Part shown: in pieces, positions 50,860 to 63,109 of the stretch
Layout of the letters: each line of letters opens with the position of its first letter
How positions within the stretch are numbered: position 1 is the first letter of the stretch
DNA from: Octopus bimaculoides
Taxonomy: Eukaryota
DNA length: 63,109 nt
NCBI RefSeq assembly: GCF_001194135.2
Contig: NC_068997.1
Coordinates: forward strand, 33,201,630-33,264,738
Direction: 5' to 3'
Notes under the pieces: model-generated
What the model saw: only the letters and a program-made list of their open reading frames with translations
Database searches by the model: none
Told to the model about the DNA's origin: nothing
Translations under genes and position numbers: made by a program

Positions 50860-52051
50860 GTTCAGATCAGAAGCTAGTGTATTGCTGTGTTGTCAGAAAG
50901 CTCTCAAGTGACAATAACATACATAACCAAAGTCGTCTATCTTGAGAGCGACCAGGGTCTTAGGTCTTACGTTGGAGGATATACATTTTAATAGTAGTTC
51001 AAAAACAATAAATAAACGGATCATGAAGGTAGATAAAGCAACTGAGTGAGATAATACTGATTTCAAATTTTGGCACAAGGCCAGCAATTTAGGGGGAGGG
51101 GTAAATCGGTTACATCGATCCCAGTGATCAACTGGTTCTTATTTCTTATCGACCCCGAAAGGATTAAAGGCAAAGTTGAACTCAGAACTTAAAGATGGAT
51201 GAAATGCCGCTAAGCATTTCGCCACGACTCTGCCAGTTCGCCACTCTGCTAAATGTGAGAATATTGAGATGTAGACTCATTTGTGCTATTACTGAAGATG
51301 TGACTCACACTATTAGCAGTTGTTCAAAAAAAAGTCATCACAATACAATTTGCCTATGAAGCAGTGGCCAAAGCTACATCTACATCATGCAATTCAGAGA
51401 AAGGATAGTGTCGAAAATCATGATGTTGAGGGCATATTCACTCATGGTATGAAAACATAATTGCTGATAGAATGTTTCTAGTAAAAGCTGTCAAATGTTG
51501 TTGAGTTACAGAATAATAGTAAAATGCAGTCTATAGCATTCAGTGATCCAGCAGACGTTAACACAATATTCCAGATTAGACTGGAGAATATAGTCGTGTA
51601 CACACGTATAGAGATACAAACACGCATTTCTACATATACACAGATCAAAAGATACAGGTTCGCTCTTGAAATGACAAGTGTGCATGTATATGAACGCCTG
51701 AGCAGATACATATATAGGTACATACAAACATATTCATATACATACATATACACATATATACACGTATAAATTTTTCATTTCTCTTTTTTATCTAAATTCC
51801 AGTGATGGATTTATATTTCTTTGATAGAAACAAGTTCTTTCTTCATAGCAATAATTCAAATAAAAGAAAAAGATAGAATGCTTACATACATACATACATG
51901 CATACATTCATACATACATACATACATACATACATACATACATACGTACATACATATATATACAAGCATACATGCAATATTTCATACATACCTATATATA
52001 TACATATATACATATATAGAGATAAATAGATAGACATAGATATACAGATAT

Positions 52052-52085
<34 letters not shown>

Positions 52086-52900
52086 NNNNNNNNNNNNNNN
52101 NNNNNNNNNNNNNNNNNNNNNNNNNNNNNNNNNNNNNNNNNNNNNNNNNNNNNNNNNNNNNNNNNNNNNNNNNNNNNNNNNNNNNNNNNNNNNNNNNNNN
52201 NNNNNNNNNNNNATATATATATATATATATATATATATATACGCACTTAAACAGACGCGCGCACACACACAAGAAATTACAGCCATGAACATTCGAAGAC
52301 AATGTCAAAATATACAAAACATTCAAATTGGGAATGTAATAAGATCGATATATGCAACGACATCCATCTATGTCCTGTGCATATATCTATACTATACATG
52401 TGTACATACATGCATGTGTACATGTATACATGTGTGCATGCATACATACATACATACATACATACATACATACATACATACATACTTACATACGTCCGTC
52501 CGTACATACATCCATGTATATATGCATGCATACATACACGTTTGTATTTACCTATCTACATGCGTAGATGCGTGCATACATATAAGATTACTTTATGATG
52601 TTGTTTAAATTCTAATGAAAAGAGCTTTGTTCCTGAGCTCGAAACTGGCTCTTTCTCTATTTGGGAGATATTTGAAAATAAAACCGTGAACACATACATA
52701 AAATAAGAGAAAGCAAAAACTTTATACCAATGTGGCAGTCAGCAACCCTGTGTGTCCGAACACTTGTTGAAAGACGACTGCTCTAAAATATGTGTACCAG
52801 TAATCGCTGGTGCACTTGGCTACATTAAGAAATGTTTTGATAAGAATCTTAATGCGCGTGATGGCGTAATCGGGAAACGGACCATGTGAGATATGATCTG
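50860..52900 (+). mobile_element. R4/Dong-type RLE LINE 3' remnant broken up by a SINE B and microsatellites
   Basis: KLSSDNNI, LRSYVGGYTF, TEDVTHTISSCSK..YNLPM and the C-terminal VPVIAGALGYIKKCFDKNL at ~52795-52850. Confidence 0.6.
51055..51242 (-). mobile_element. SINE family B nested in the Dong-like remnant
   Basis: Reverse complement of family B with an internal deletion. Confidence 0.85.
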
Positions 52901-53453
52901 CAACTCCTATCTGCTGATGTTTTATATGTAACTCTATACAGTTATTGATGGAACTTTTGGTTGACGGAAACCATCCCTTTCTTTCTTTTGTAAATTCAAA
53001 GTATTAAGAGATGTGTGAAAAATTACACCCATACACATATGTAGACGCGCGCATACCCACCTGCATATAAACATAAACACACACACATGCACACACACTT
53101 ATACGTACACACACACATACACACACACACAACACAAACGCATTGTGTGTGAGGATGTGATTGTGTGTGTGCGTGTGTGTGTGCGTGTGTGTGCGTTCGT
53201 GCGTGTGTGTGTGTGTGTGTTAATGCAACAGTGTAAACATGAACAAGAAAATCGAGAACTCAATACACAAAATATGACTACATAAATTACATTGAGAGGA
53301 AGATGTAAACTCAGGAGTCGTTACTCTCAATTTCACGATCTTTGGTTGATTGTAAGTAATCGAACATAAATGTGTGCGTATGTGTGAGTATGCCTCTGTG
53401 TGTGTGTATATTTCTGTGTGTATGTATGTATATATGTATGTATGTATGTATGT

Positions 53454-53512
<59 letters not shown>

Positions 53513-53809
53513 CATAGATAGACAGACAGACAAACATACGAGAGAGAGTCAATGATTAATGTAAATAAAAATTGCCTTACTTTCTGACTCACCCTCATAT
53601 ATTTAAAAAGGTTTAGAGAAAATATTCTTGATACATCACCATATTTCAAAATTTTTCTTTTAATTAAAAATTATAAATAAAGCCTTTAAAGAACAGAATG
53701 ACACTAGCGAAAGGGAAGACATTCGTGCGTTATGTGCTTTCCCCTGTTCTCAGCTTTACAAACGCACGTTTTATGAGGTAATACTGACAGAGATGTTTTA
53801 GTAGCGATA

Positions 53810-54540
53810 TTATCAATTGCCGGTTGAATTTCGGATTTAGAATTCTTATAAAATATTCTATCTAGAAGTTCATTACATGAAACACATCTAGGAAATTAAT
53901 CTTTGATTTGTTTATGATATATTAATTTTGATCCTGTTCGGCCGATATCATTCTCATTGTAATGTGGGCATATGATGTAGAAAATGAGGTTTTATTGTTT
54001 CGCAATTCATATTAGCATTAACATTCATTTCCTTCCCATTTTTTAAAAATCTTTTGGTTTTGCCCTGTTCAAATGCTTCACACGTTCCACAACGAAAAGC
54101 TACGCATTTTGTTACCTGTGAACTTCACCTTCCTTAGGAATCTATAAAAACTTGGCGGTTGTCTTTGGCGGTTGATTATTTGTAATTTAAATTTTTTTTC
54201 TGAAGCTTCATTATCGATGTAGAATTGGGGGGAATCGTTTGACCGAATGTCAAATATCAGAGGTATTAGGGTTATAGGTTATTGCAAATAAAATATTTGT
54301 GCTTTTGATTTCACCCTCATTATGAGAGTATTTCTCTCAAAGAATTTGGGATCTTGTTTGCTTTATTTATGGCGGATTTACTAAGTTTTTCGGGTATTTT
54401 AATTTCTAAAGGAATATTTTTAATTCTACCAGTCGTCTCTTGTCTACATGAGTCCGTCACTATTGAACATATACGTTTTATCATATTACGTGTTAACATT
54501 TCTTTTAATATTGGATGGGGGTGGGCAAGATCTGAAATCT
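53810..54540 (-). mobile_element. Penelope-like element 3' remnant (Neptune-like GIY-YIG with CxxC linker)
   Basis: FRSCPPHP..KRICSIVTD..AINKANKIP, ITYNP, RQPP, FRCGTC, NANMNCE, FYIICPHYNENDIGRTG and FIRILNPKFN, across frameshifts. Confidence 0.75.
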
Positions 54541-54674
54541 AATTAATAGTGCGTCGCCGTGCCTTTGCAGTATAGATTTGTCGTAACAAACTCATTTTCT
54601 TTAATTACCAAAATGCCCATACATACATACACACATATATATACACACACACACATATATATACATACATACAA

Positions 54675-54745
<71 letters not shown>

Positions 54746-55699
54746 TATACATACATAGACATATATATACATACATGGATACACATATANNNNNNNNNNN
54801 NNNNNNNNNNNNNNNNNNNNNNNNNNNNNNNNNNNNNNNNNNNNNNNNNNNNNNNNNNNNNNNNNNNNNNNNNNNNNNNNNNNNNNNNNNNNNNNNNNNN
54901 NNNNNNNNNNNNNNNNNNNNNNNNNNNNNNNNNNNNNNNNNNNNNNNNNNNNNNNNNNNNNNNNNNNNNNNNNNNNNNNNNNNNNNNNNNNNNNNNNNNN
55001 NNNNNNNNNNNNNNNNNNNNNNNNNNNNNNNNNNNNNNNNNNNNNNNNNNNNNNNNNNNNNNNNNNNNNNNNNNNNNNNNNNNNNNNNNNNNNNNNNNNN
55101 NNNNNNNNNNNNNNNNNNNNNNNNNNNNNNNNNNNNNNNNNNNNNNNNNNNNNNNNNNNNNNNNNNNNNNNNNNNNNNNNNNNNNNNNNNNNNNNNNNNN
55201 NNNNNNNNNNNNNNNNNNNNNNNNNNNNNNNNNNNNNNNNNNNNNNNNNNNNNNNNNNNNNNNNNNNNNNNNNNNNNNNNNNNNNNNNNNNNNNNNNNNN
55301 NNNNNNNNNNNNNNNNNNNNNNNNNNNNNNNNNNNNNNNNNNNNNNNNNNNNNNNNNNNNNNNNNNNNNNNNNNNNNNNNNNNNNNNNNNNNNNNNNNNN
55401 NNNNNNNNNNNNNNNNNNNNNNNNNNNNNNNNNNNNNNNNNNACACACACACACACACAAACTAGTCGGTTACAAAATCTCTGTTCGAGATAGATGCAGT
55501 ATCCAAACCAAAAGGTAACGTTTATCGCCACTTTAACGTGGGTGTTTGTAAGAATTGACGATACTGCTATTTTAACACCAGGAAGACATCTCCTCCAGTT
55601 GGTTTAGTCAATGCGCTCTCGCACTCGATATTGATTGCAAGCAGGAGAGAACTCCTGCCACCATATCTCCGAGACCACCATATACAATATTTATATATA

Positions 55700-57110
55700 T
55701 ATATATGTTGTGCAAAACAACTGAAGAAAAAACCTGTACATTATATGGCTAGATCTTGCCAATGCATATGGATCTGTTCCACACACACTAATTCAAGCAG
55801 CTATGGACTTCTTTTGGATTCCAGAAGATGTTCAACGTATGCGCATGTGTTACTACGACAACATGAGGATGAGATTTACAGCAGGAAAGTTCACAACGGA
55901 GTGGCAACGGCTGGAAGTAGGTATTGCAGCTGGATGCACGATATCAGTCATCTTATTCGTGCTAGTCATGGAGATGTTACTAAGATCAACAAACTGTGAG
56001 AAATCTGTTACAAAGACACCATTAAGGGCTTTTTATGGACAACGTTACTGAATTATCAGAAAGTAGAGAAACAGCAGATGGAACGTTAGAGCAGTTGGAC
56101 GAACTAATAGGATGGGCGAGAATGAAATTCAAAGTCAAAAAATCTCGAAGCGTGACCTTCGTAAAAAGAGTCCAAAAAGAAGTGAGATTCAGCATATGAG
56201 GTGAAGATATACCAACAGTGAAAGAATAACCAGTAAAGAGTTTCAACAGATGGTACAGAGATTTACTAAATGATAAGAAGCAAAGCAAAGAAACACACGA
56301 TTTACTGGGACAAGGACTAAAGGCACTTGACAGAATAACATTACCGGGGAAATTCAAATGTTGGATACTGCAATTTGGACTGTACCCAAGGATGATATGG
56401 CCTTTGCAAATGTACGAAATAGCCTCGAGTAGAGTAGAAAGGATGGATCAAAGATGCAGTGAGTTTATCAGAAAATGGCTTGGTGTTCCAAAACCACTGA
56501 ATACAACTACACTATACTGAAAAGCCGTGCTGCAACTACCGATAGCATCAATCGCCGAAGAGAGGCAAAGACAGTAATGATGCTAAGGTATTCGAAAGCT
56601 CAAAGCATCCGAGAAAACCCTCCAACGGTACGAACAGGGAGGAAATAAAAAGCGAAAGAAGCAGTAAACAGGGCGATCGGAAAGCTAACGCACGCCGACA
56701 TAGTCGGAGCGACGCAAGAAGCAAGAGCTGGTCTAGGGTTGTACAATTTCAGGCCATTTTGCATGAGCAATGTAAAAGAGATTTAAAGAGGCAGTGGTAC
56801 ATGAAATGTACATTTGGTGCAATCTAGTCAACAGGGACAGTGCCTGAGACGTGAGGAATATGTTGTTAGTCGCAGAATCTGATGGAAGGAACTTTAGGCT
56901 TGGGAACAAGCAAGGACATCCTTCCTGATCAAATCTACCTTCGACGTTTTACCCTCACCAGCGAATTTAGTCCGGTGGAACATACAAACAACTGATGAAT
57001 GTAGATGCGGAGAGAAAGCGACAGCGAGACATGTTCTGTCAAACTGTAGGATAGCACTAGACGTCACAATCAAGTCCTCGGCGTCATAAGTGCAGCACTC
57101 AAGGAGAAGA
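55700..57110 (+). pseudogene. HERO/NeSL-type RLE non-LTR retrotransposon (RT to zinc knuckle), decayed
   Basis: WLDLANAYGSVPH, TTEWQRLEVGIAAGCTISVILF, LPGKFKCWILQFGLYPRMIWPLQMYEI, IRKWLGVP, FLIKSTFDVLPSPANLVRW and CRCGEKATARHVLSNC. Confidence 0.88.
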
Positions 57111-57335
57111 TCGAAGGATATAATTGGGGGGAATATCCAAAAGTGGAAAATCTAGGATTGCAATGTCTGCAGTCGTGTATGCTTGTCAATAGCAGGGCTC
57201 ATTAGCCACCAACCGAGCCGCAAGTGCAAAATATAAGTTAGTCCTAGAGCGCACAATGTTCCTGAAGGTCGGCAATGGTCTTCCTCGGTCACGAATCGAC
57301 GGCCATCATATATATATATATGTGTGTGTATATCA

Positions 57336-57372
<37 letters not shown>

Positions 57373-58897
57373 TTCTCTCAAGCATTAGTTTGTGATGCAC
57401 CAAGATTCAATAGTGATCTAGATGGAGTCACTGCGTGTGTCGATTCTGTCAACAGTATGTATGAATTTATGGATGTGTATGCATTCGTTTATGTCTGCAC
57501 GTATGTATGAATGTATGTATATAGATATGTATGTATACTTGTGTAAATGTATTCATATAACTACAAATATTTACATTTTTCTAGCAGCCATGAAATACTT
57601 ATGAACTCCCTAGTCCCTACCGTGCCATTTAATTGGTTGCAATCCGTCGTTTTACATATGTAGTCTTTCTCTCGATATACAACCTTGATAGTAGTTTTTT
57701 CTTAGGTTTCCAACCCATCTACTATTTCAGAGTCTTTCTAGGCGAACCAATTGTGAAGCTTCCACTTAACAACGATGTATTTCGAATATATGCATTATTT
57801 ATCTATTTAAGTGTCAGGGTGCTATTATAAATTATTTCAGTTGTTAGTAAGCTACGATGTCGAGTTTTTCAGGAATTCTCTTCAGAGTTACCTGAGTTTC
57901 CATCAATTCGCTGTATGGTATCAGTTCATTCCTAGGCAAACGCTTGCTTACTTTAATCAAGATGATATGATTTTTTTTTAGTTGAGGGACATTGTTACAG
58001 CTAATCTAGAAACATGAAAGGTGCTTTAAGTATTTCAAATAAAATAAGAAAGATCAAACAAATCTTACTTTGGAAGTGTATCTAGTTGTATCTGTTAAAT
58101 AGTTCTGTTCTTTTCGTTTCGTTGTTTGGTTCATTGGTAGAATGGTTAAGGCGTCGGTGAAATTAACTTGTAATATTCCTCCCGTCTTTATACGTTGTGA
58201 GTCTAGATCAACTATACCTTTAAACTCTTCAGGATCGATAAAATGATGAACCAATCGATTACTGGAATCGATAGTATCGACAAATTTCCTACTGCAAATT
58301 ACTTGTCTTGAGCCTAAATTAGAAACAATTTACTATTTGAAATATCTATTTAACCTGTATCCAGAAACCAGGTAAATCCAGAAAATCAAAAGTCCCAAGT
58401 TTGTTGTAGGTCCTTACATGTAGGTTACAAGCAGGGACCTCCCTACTTGTATGTGTGTCCGTATAGAAAATATGCAAGGAGAGAACAAGAACGAGTGTTA
58501 CATAAGGATGAGAGAGTATGTAGNNNNNNNNNNNNNNNNNNNNNNNNNNNNNNNNNNNNNNNNNNNNNNNNNNNNNNNNNNNNNNNNNNNNNNNNNNNNN
58601 NNNNNNNNNNNNNNNNNNNNNNNAAGTGTAACTATGTTCAAAGCGTAACTATGCTCCTATTCTGTTGGTTTCACTACATTTCCCAACTTCATCGATGTTT
58701 CAAGAAGACCTTATCGCTCTTATCTTTTGGAAAAATTAATAAATCGATGTTTGTTATTATTGATTTTCATTGAAGGAAAGTATCATGGGAACGATGTTGC
58801 CTGCTTTTCATTAAGTATCACTGAGTTGTGAGCTCCTGTTCGTTTGAGCCACTTCTTTTAGTTATTTTTCTTTTTCTTCTTTTTCTCTGTATTTCAG

Positions 58898-58949
58898 GAA
58901 TTATGAAATAATGACATGGGAAAATTTTCCAGTAAAGCCTTCTGCTTGA
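58898..58949 (+). CDS. Candidate terminal coding exon of an unidentified host gene
   Basis: Very strong acceptor (ttttctttttcttctttttctctgtatttcag). Reads NYEIMTWENFPVKPSA* or GIMK* depending on phase, followed by AT-rich, repeat-poor sequence. Confidence 0.3.
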
Positions 58950-60034
58950 AGAACATTTAATTAAATGAAGACGAATATATTGAATAGAGAGAGAGACCTC
59001 CTTCCCGCCCTAACTTTTAATCAATATTATTACACCTGTAATGAAAGGAAAAATTATTTCGTATAATAATATATAGTTTTTTGTGAAGAAAGTCAAAGGA
59101 AAAAACTGTGAAACCCAAACTGACTAAAAATTGAACGTGGGTATGTTGTAGGGGATGACCAGATATATGGTAAGTACGGAGACAATTCTAGACATGTTTC
59201 AATCTTAATTAAACTTCCTTGCTAAATAGTTTGATTATGGTGTTTAGTGTTCAAGTGTTATACTAATGATGGAGCATCTATGACTAATCTTCTCACTCTG
59301 GTGTAGCTGTTTATCTCCAGGCCAGCGCTAGTGTAGCATAACGGTAGACTTATTATTTAAAGCGTTCCTGTAGGTCGACCGACTGCGTAGAGGTTCTTTC
59401 AATGAGTCGATAAATAATATTTCTCGGGCAGCTCGAGAGTTTATAAAGTTTAAGGCAATCATTAAAACAGACATTGTTGTCCGTGAAAACAAACCACAAC
59501 TAAAACGTATTTTAAACACGTGGATTCTTGATAGGGGATAAATCGTTAGATTATAAGAAGAAATTCATAAACAGAATCATATATATTACATTCAGCCATA
59601 CATTATATGTAATAATATATTGCAAGAACACCAACAAATTACAAGCGTCAAAGATGATAAATAAACTTCATCTGACAGTCGAGTATACGAATTCAAGTGT
59701 TAACATTAAATATATAATGTATGACTGCAAATGTTACTCTAGATATTCAAGCACCGCCGTTTTTGGTAACGTTTTTGGCATCTATAGCGAAAACTCTACT
59801 GCAATAGATTATATCCTACAAAAGAAAAGAAAACTGGAGAGAAATTCATTGGTTGATAAGTAAGCAGGGTTTTTTGGGGGGGTGGGGGTCTCGTCTTGAT
59901 TTTCTTGGTTTTGTTTGTTGTTTGTTGTCGGGTTTTTTGTGGAGGTTGTAGAATTCAATTGTTTGAATTTCTTTTTAGGTGAATCAACTAAATTTCAATT
60001 GAAAGAATGTTTTGGATATTCTTTTATCCTTTTA

Positions 60035-60230
60035 CACGGTTTCAGTTATTTTTGACTGCGGCAATGCTACAGCATCGTCATTATTCAAACAAATCGACCC
60101 CAAGACTTATTCTTTGTAAGCCTAGTGCTTATTCTAGCGGTTTCTTTTGACGAATCGTTAAGTTACGGGGATGTAAACACACCAACATCGGTTGTCAAGC
60201 GACGGTGGGAAGGCAAATACAAGCATACAA

Positions 60231-60282
<52 letters not shown>

Positions 60283-60346
60283 TTATGTATGTATGTATGT
60301 ATGTACGTATGTGTGTGTATATATATATATATATATNNNNNNNNNN

Positions 60347-60385
<39 letters not shown>

Positions 60386-60550
60386 GACGGGTTTCTTTCA
60401 ATTTTCGTCTACCAAATCCACTCACAAGGCTTTGGTCGCCCCGAGGCTATAGTAGAAGACACCTTCCCAAGGAGCCACGCAGTGCGATTGAACCCGGATC
60501 CATGTGGTTAGGAAGCAAGCGTCTTACTACACAGCCACTCCTGCGCCTAT
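60035..60550 (-). mobile_element. SINE family A, full length with expanded internal microsatellite
   Basis: Reverse complement of the 11044 copy. Confidence 0.88.
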
Positions 60551-61707
60551 GTTAAAGTTTATGTTGAAGTAAAAACTCAGAGTGAACCTCATTTTTGCCT
60601 CTTGATTCAATGTTTTCACTACAATACGATTGTCTTTCTGATAATATTCAGTGTCACGTAAATACATTTGTATCTATCTAATTAATCTGAGATCTTTTTT
60701 GAAAATTACGCATGCGTCTTTCGTATGCCTTTTCTTCGATTTTATTTGTCAATATTACAGCCGAGATTTTATTTATAAAGTCTTTTCACAATTATTTTGA
60801 TACTGAAAATAGCAATGACCGATGACTTCGTTTAAGTAAAAGTTGTAAGAAAGCAAGATTTAACTACTTTAATCAAATTATTATATTTACAGCTTTAACA
60901 AAACCTATGGATTCTGTTATCAAATTAATAGTCTTGCCAAAGAATCGTTTTAGTCAAACTGATGTTCGCATATAAATTTGCGATAAGTTTCATCAGTCCC
61001 ATATGTCTACATTTATCCAAATTAGGAGTCCCTGAGTATTGTCTTTAGAAAATTATAATCTCTATACTATTAAATTATCTCCTTACAATTAACAGACAAT
61101 CCAGTGTAGACCATAATGAAGTACTGTAACTCTAAAATAATGTACACGTAACCCACTCTGTCATATCTTTCTTTACCTCGAGAATGTTTCTTTTAAAATC
61201 CTTTATTTGATTCATTACCGAAGCAGGTTTCCTCACGTTTATCTTCAAAACATATTTCGGTAAAATCCGAATTTTTCCACGTCAAATGAACTTCACAGAT
61301 AAGCTTAAACTCAGCTTGATTCTTTCTTCATAATGCTTTTCTGGATGTATCTCTGTGATCGGAATATGTATCTTAACATTTTCAACAGTCATCTTAATGA
61401 TCAAAACACTACTTAAATTTACCTTTTCGTTTCTTTCAGCTGAAAGGAAGATGCTGAAATGGTTAGAACATGAGGAGTTAAAACAAATCAATATTTAATA
61501 ATAATTATCCTAATTGACTTGTTGATACGCATTTTACAGTCTTCTGTAGTTAATTAACATGATAAAAGAATAGCGCAAAAAAAACTGGTACAAATCTGGA
61601 ATGTTATTCTAAAATAAAATTCAATATCACGTCTCTTACAATATAGAGGAAAAGGTCTTAAAAAACGTTCTAGGGATGAGAAGTAAATACAACCTTCGCA
61701 GATTATA

Positions 61708-62633
61708 TTGGGTTGTCCGAAAAGTTCGTGCCGATTTTTAAAGAAAAGAAAAAGGTCAATAAATACTTGCCATTACATTTTTAATCAACCAAATATGAAC
61801 CATTTTGTTGTACAGTGCGTCTCCATCTTTCCTTTAACTTGAAAATACCCTCTTCCCAGAATTGANNNNNNNNNNAAATCCGAAGGAGCAATATCTGCTG
61901 AATATGGAGGGTGGGGTAACACATCCCAGCCGAGCTGCAGCAATTTTTGTCTGGTTCCCAAAGAAACGTGCGGTCTTGCATTATCATGCTGGAAAACAAC
62001 ACTCTTCCTGTTGGCCAATTCTGGACGTTTCTCTTGAATTGCTGCTTCTAACTCATCCAGTTGTGTACAGTATTTCTCACAATTAATTGTCTGGTTACTT
62101 GAGAGAAGCTCATAGTACAGAATTCCTTTCCAGACACAAAGCAAGACTTTTTTAGGGTGAAGACCCGCTTTTGGGATGGCTCATGGCGCTTACTCCAGGA
62201 TCGCTTTCTCTGAACATTTCTCATCACCTGTCACAGTTTGCTTTAAAAAAAACGCGCCTTTTCATTCCGTTTATAAAGCGACTCACAGATGGAAATGCGA
62301 TTCAAAAGGTTCTTCTCACTCAACTCATGTGGTACCCAAACATCGTAGCGGATAAAGAAACATCACCGTAAACTGCGCATATTTCTGTGGTTGCTTGTGA
62401 GGCATTTTTCCTTTTACGGGAAAAGAAAAGCATCAAGTGCCGAAAATGAACTTTCTTATCTTTCATTTTAAAGGGTTACAGAATTAACACAGGTTATAGG
62501 AGCATAAAGCTTCTTCCACGAAAAGATAGCTTAAACTGTGCTCTAAATGGAGGTGTAGTCAAATCCTATTTTATGGACAATAAGTCGAAAGGTAAGCTAC
62601 TATAAATCGGCACGAACTTTTCGGACAACCCAA
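61708..62633 (-). mobile_element. Internally deleted mariner transposon with intact TIRs and TA target duplication
   Basis: TIRs ttgggttgtccgaaaagttcgtgccgattt / aaatcggcacgaacttttcggacaacccaa, each flanked by TA. Confidence 0.95.
61785..62466 (-). pseudogene. Mariner D,D34D transposase pseudogene
   Basis: MKDKKVHFRHLML start; MLCVWKGILYYELL, FQHDNARPH and HPPYSADIAPSD. Large deletion. Confidence 0.9.
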
Positions 62634-62875
62634 TATTATGTATTACACAATTACTAAATAAATATATTGTTATATCAACAATCCTCGTAGTCAAAGTTCA
62701 TGAGCAAGTAAAAGTGAAAATTATCATATCAAAATTAGCGGCAGATATGGTAACACGGTACATCAGATTTCTCTGAAAGCAAACGACGCTAGAAAAGTAT
62801 TCGTTAAAACCAACAACGGACGATCATTCTTTAATTATCCTCTTATAGGTGCCACGAAACTTTAGTCATATATAT

Positions 62876-63109
62876 CATCATCATCATCATCATCGTTTAA
62901 CGTCCGCTTTCCATGCTAGCATGGGTTGGACGATTTGACTGAGGACTGGTGAAACCGGATGGCAACACCAGGCTCCAATCTAATTTGGCAGAGTTTCTAC
63001 AGCTGGATGCCCTTCCTAACGCCAACCACTCAGAGAGTGTAGTGGGTGCTTTTACGTGTCACCCGCACGAAAACGGCCACGCTCGAAATGGTGTCTTTTA
63101 TGTGCCACT
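62876..63109 (-). mobile_element. SINE/LINE-type 3' end with (GAT)n tail, truncated by the window edge
   Basis: (CAT)n on the plus strand followed by a GC-richer body (gctggatgcccttcctaacgccaac). Family not assigned. Confidence 0.6.

Noticed and set aside
60959-60998. actgatg...catcagt hairpin resembling a hammerhead
   Set aside because: GAAA is replaced by GAAC and the stems are mis-ordered; just a short imperfect inverted repeat.
62938-62960. CTGAGGActggtGAAAccgga
   Set aside because: No stem II and no cleavage triplet; it lies within a SINE/LINE tail.

Overview
AT-rich, microsatellite-saturated animal genomic DNA with many N-gaps, most likely a coleoid cephalopod such as Octopus (inferred from the SINE families and repeat content, not proven). 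No intact protein-coding gene is recognisable, and almost all long ORFs in the track are microsatellite or N-gap artefacts. The window is dominated by decayed mobile elements: two abundant tRNA-head SINE families (called A and B here), three Penelope-like element (PLE) remnants, four R4/Dong-type RLE-LINE remnants, one HERO/NeSL-type and one RTE-type LINE fragment, two mariner (D,D34D) elements, two IR/DR-type Tc1 (DD34E) elements, a maT-like fragment and MITEs. The most notable signals are RNA-structural: several hammerhead ribozyme (HHR) motifs, including a well-folded stand-alone type I HHR at 11611-11695 and HHRs inside inverted pseudo-LTR fold-backs at 4968-5256 and 9133-11028, other long fold-back palindromes, and a cluster of RFX X-box-like motifs near 44.4 kb. 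A few weak splice-site-bounded candidate exons suggest the window may be largely intronic.
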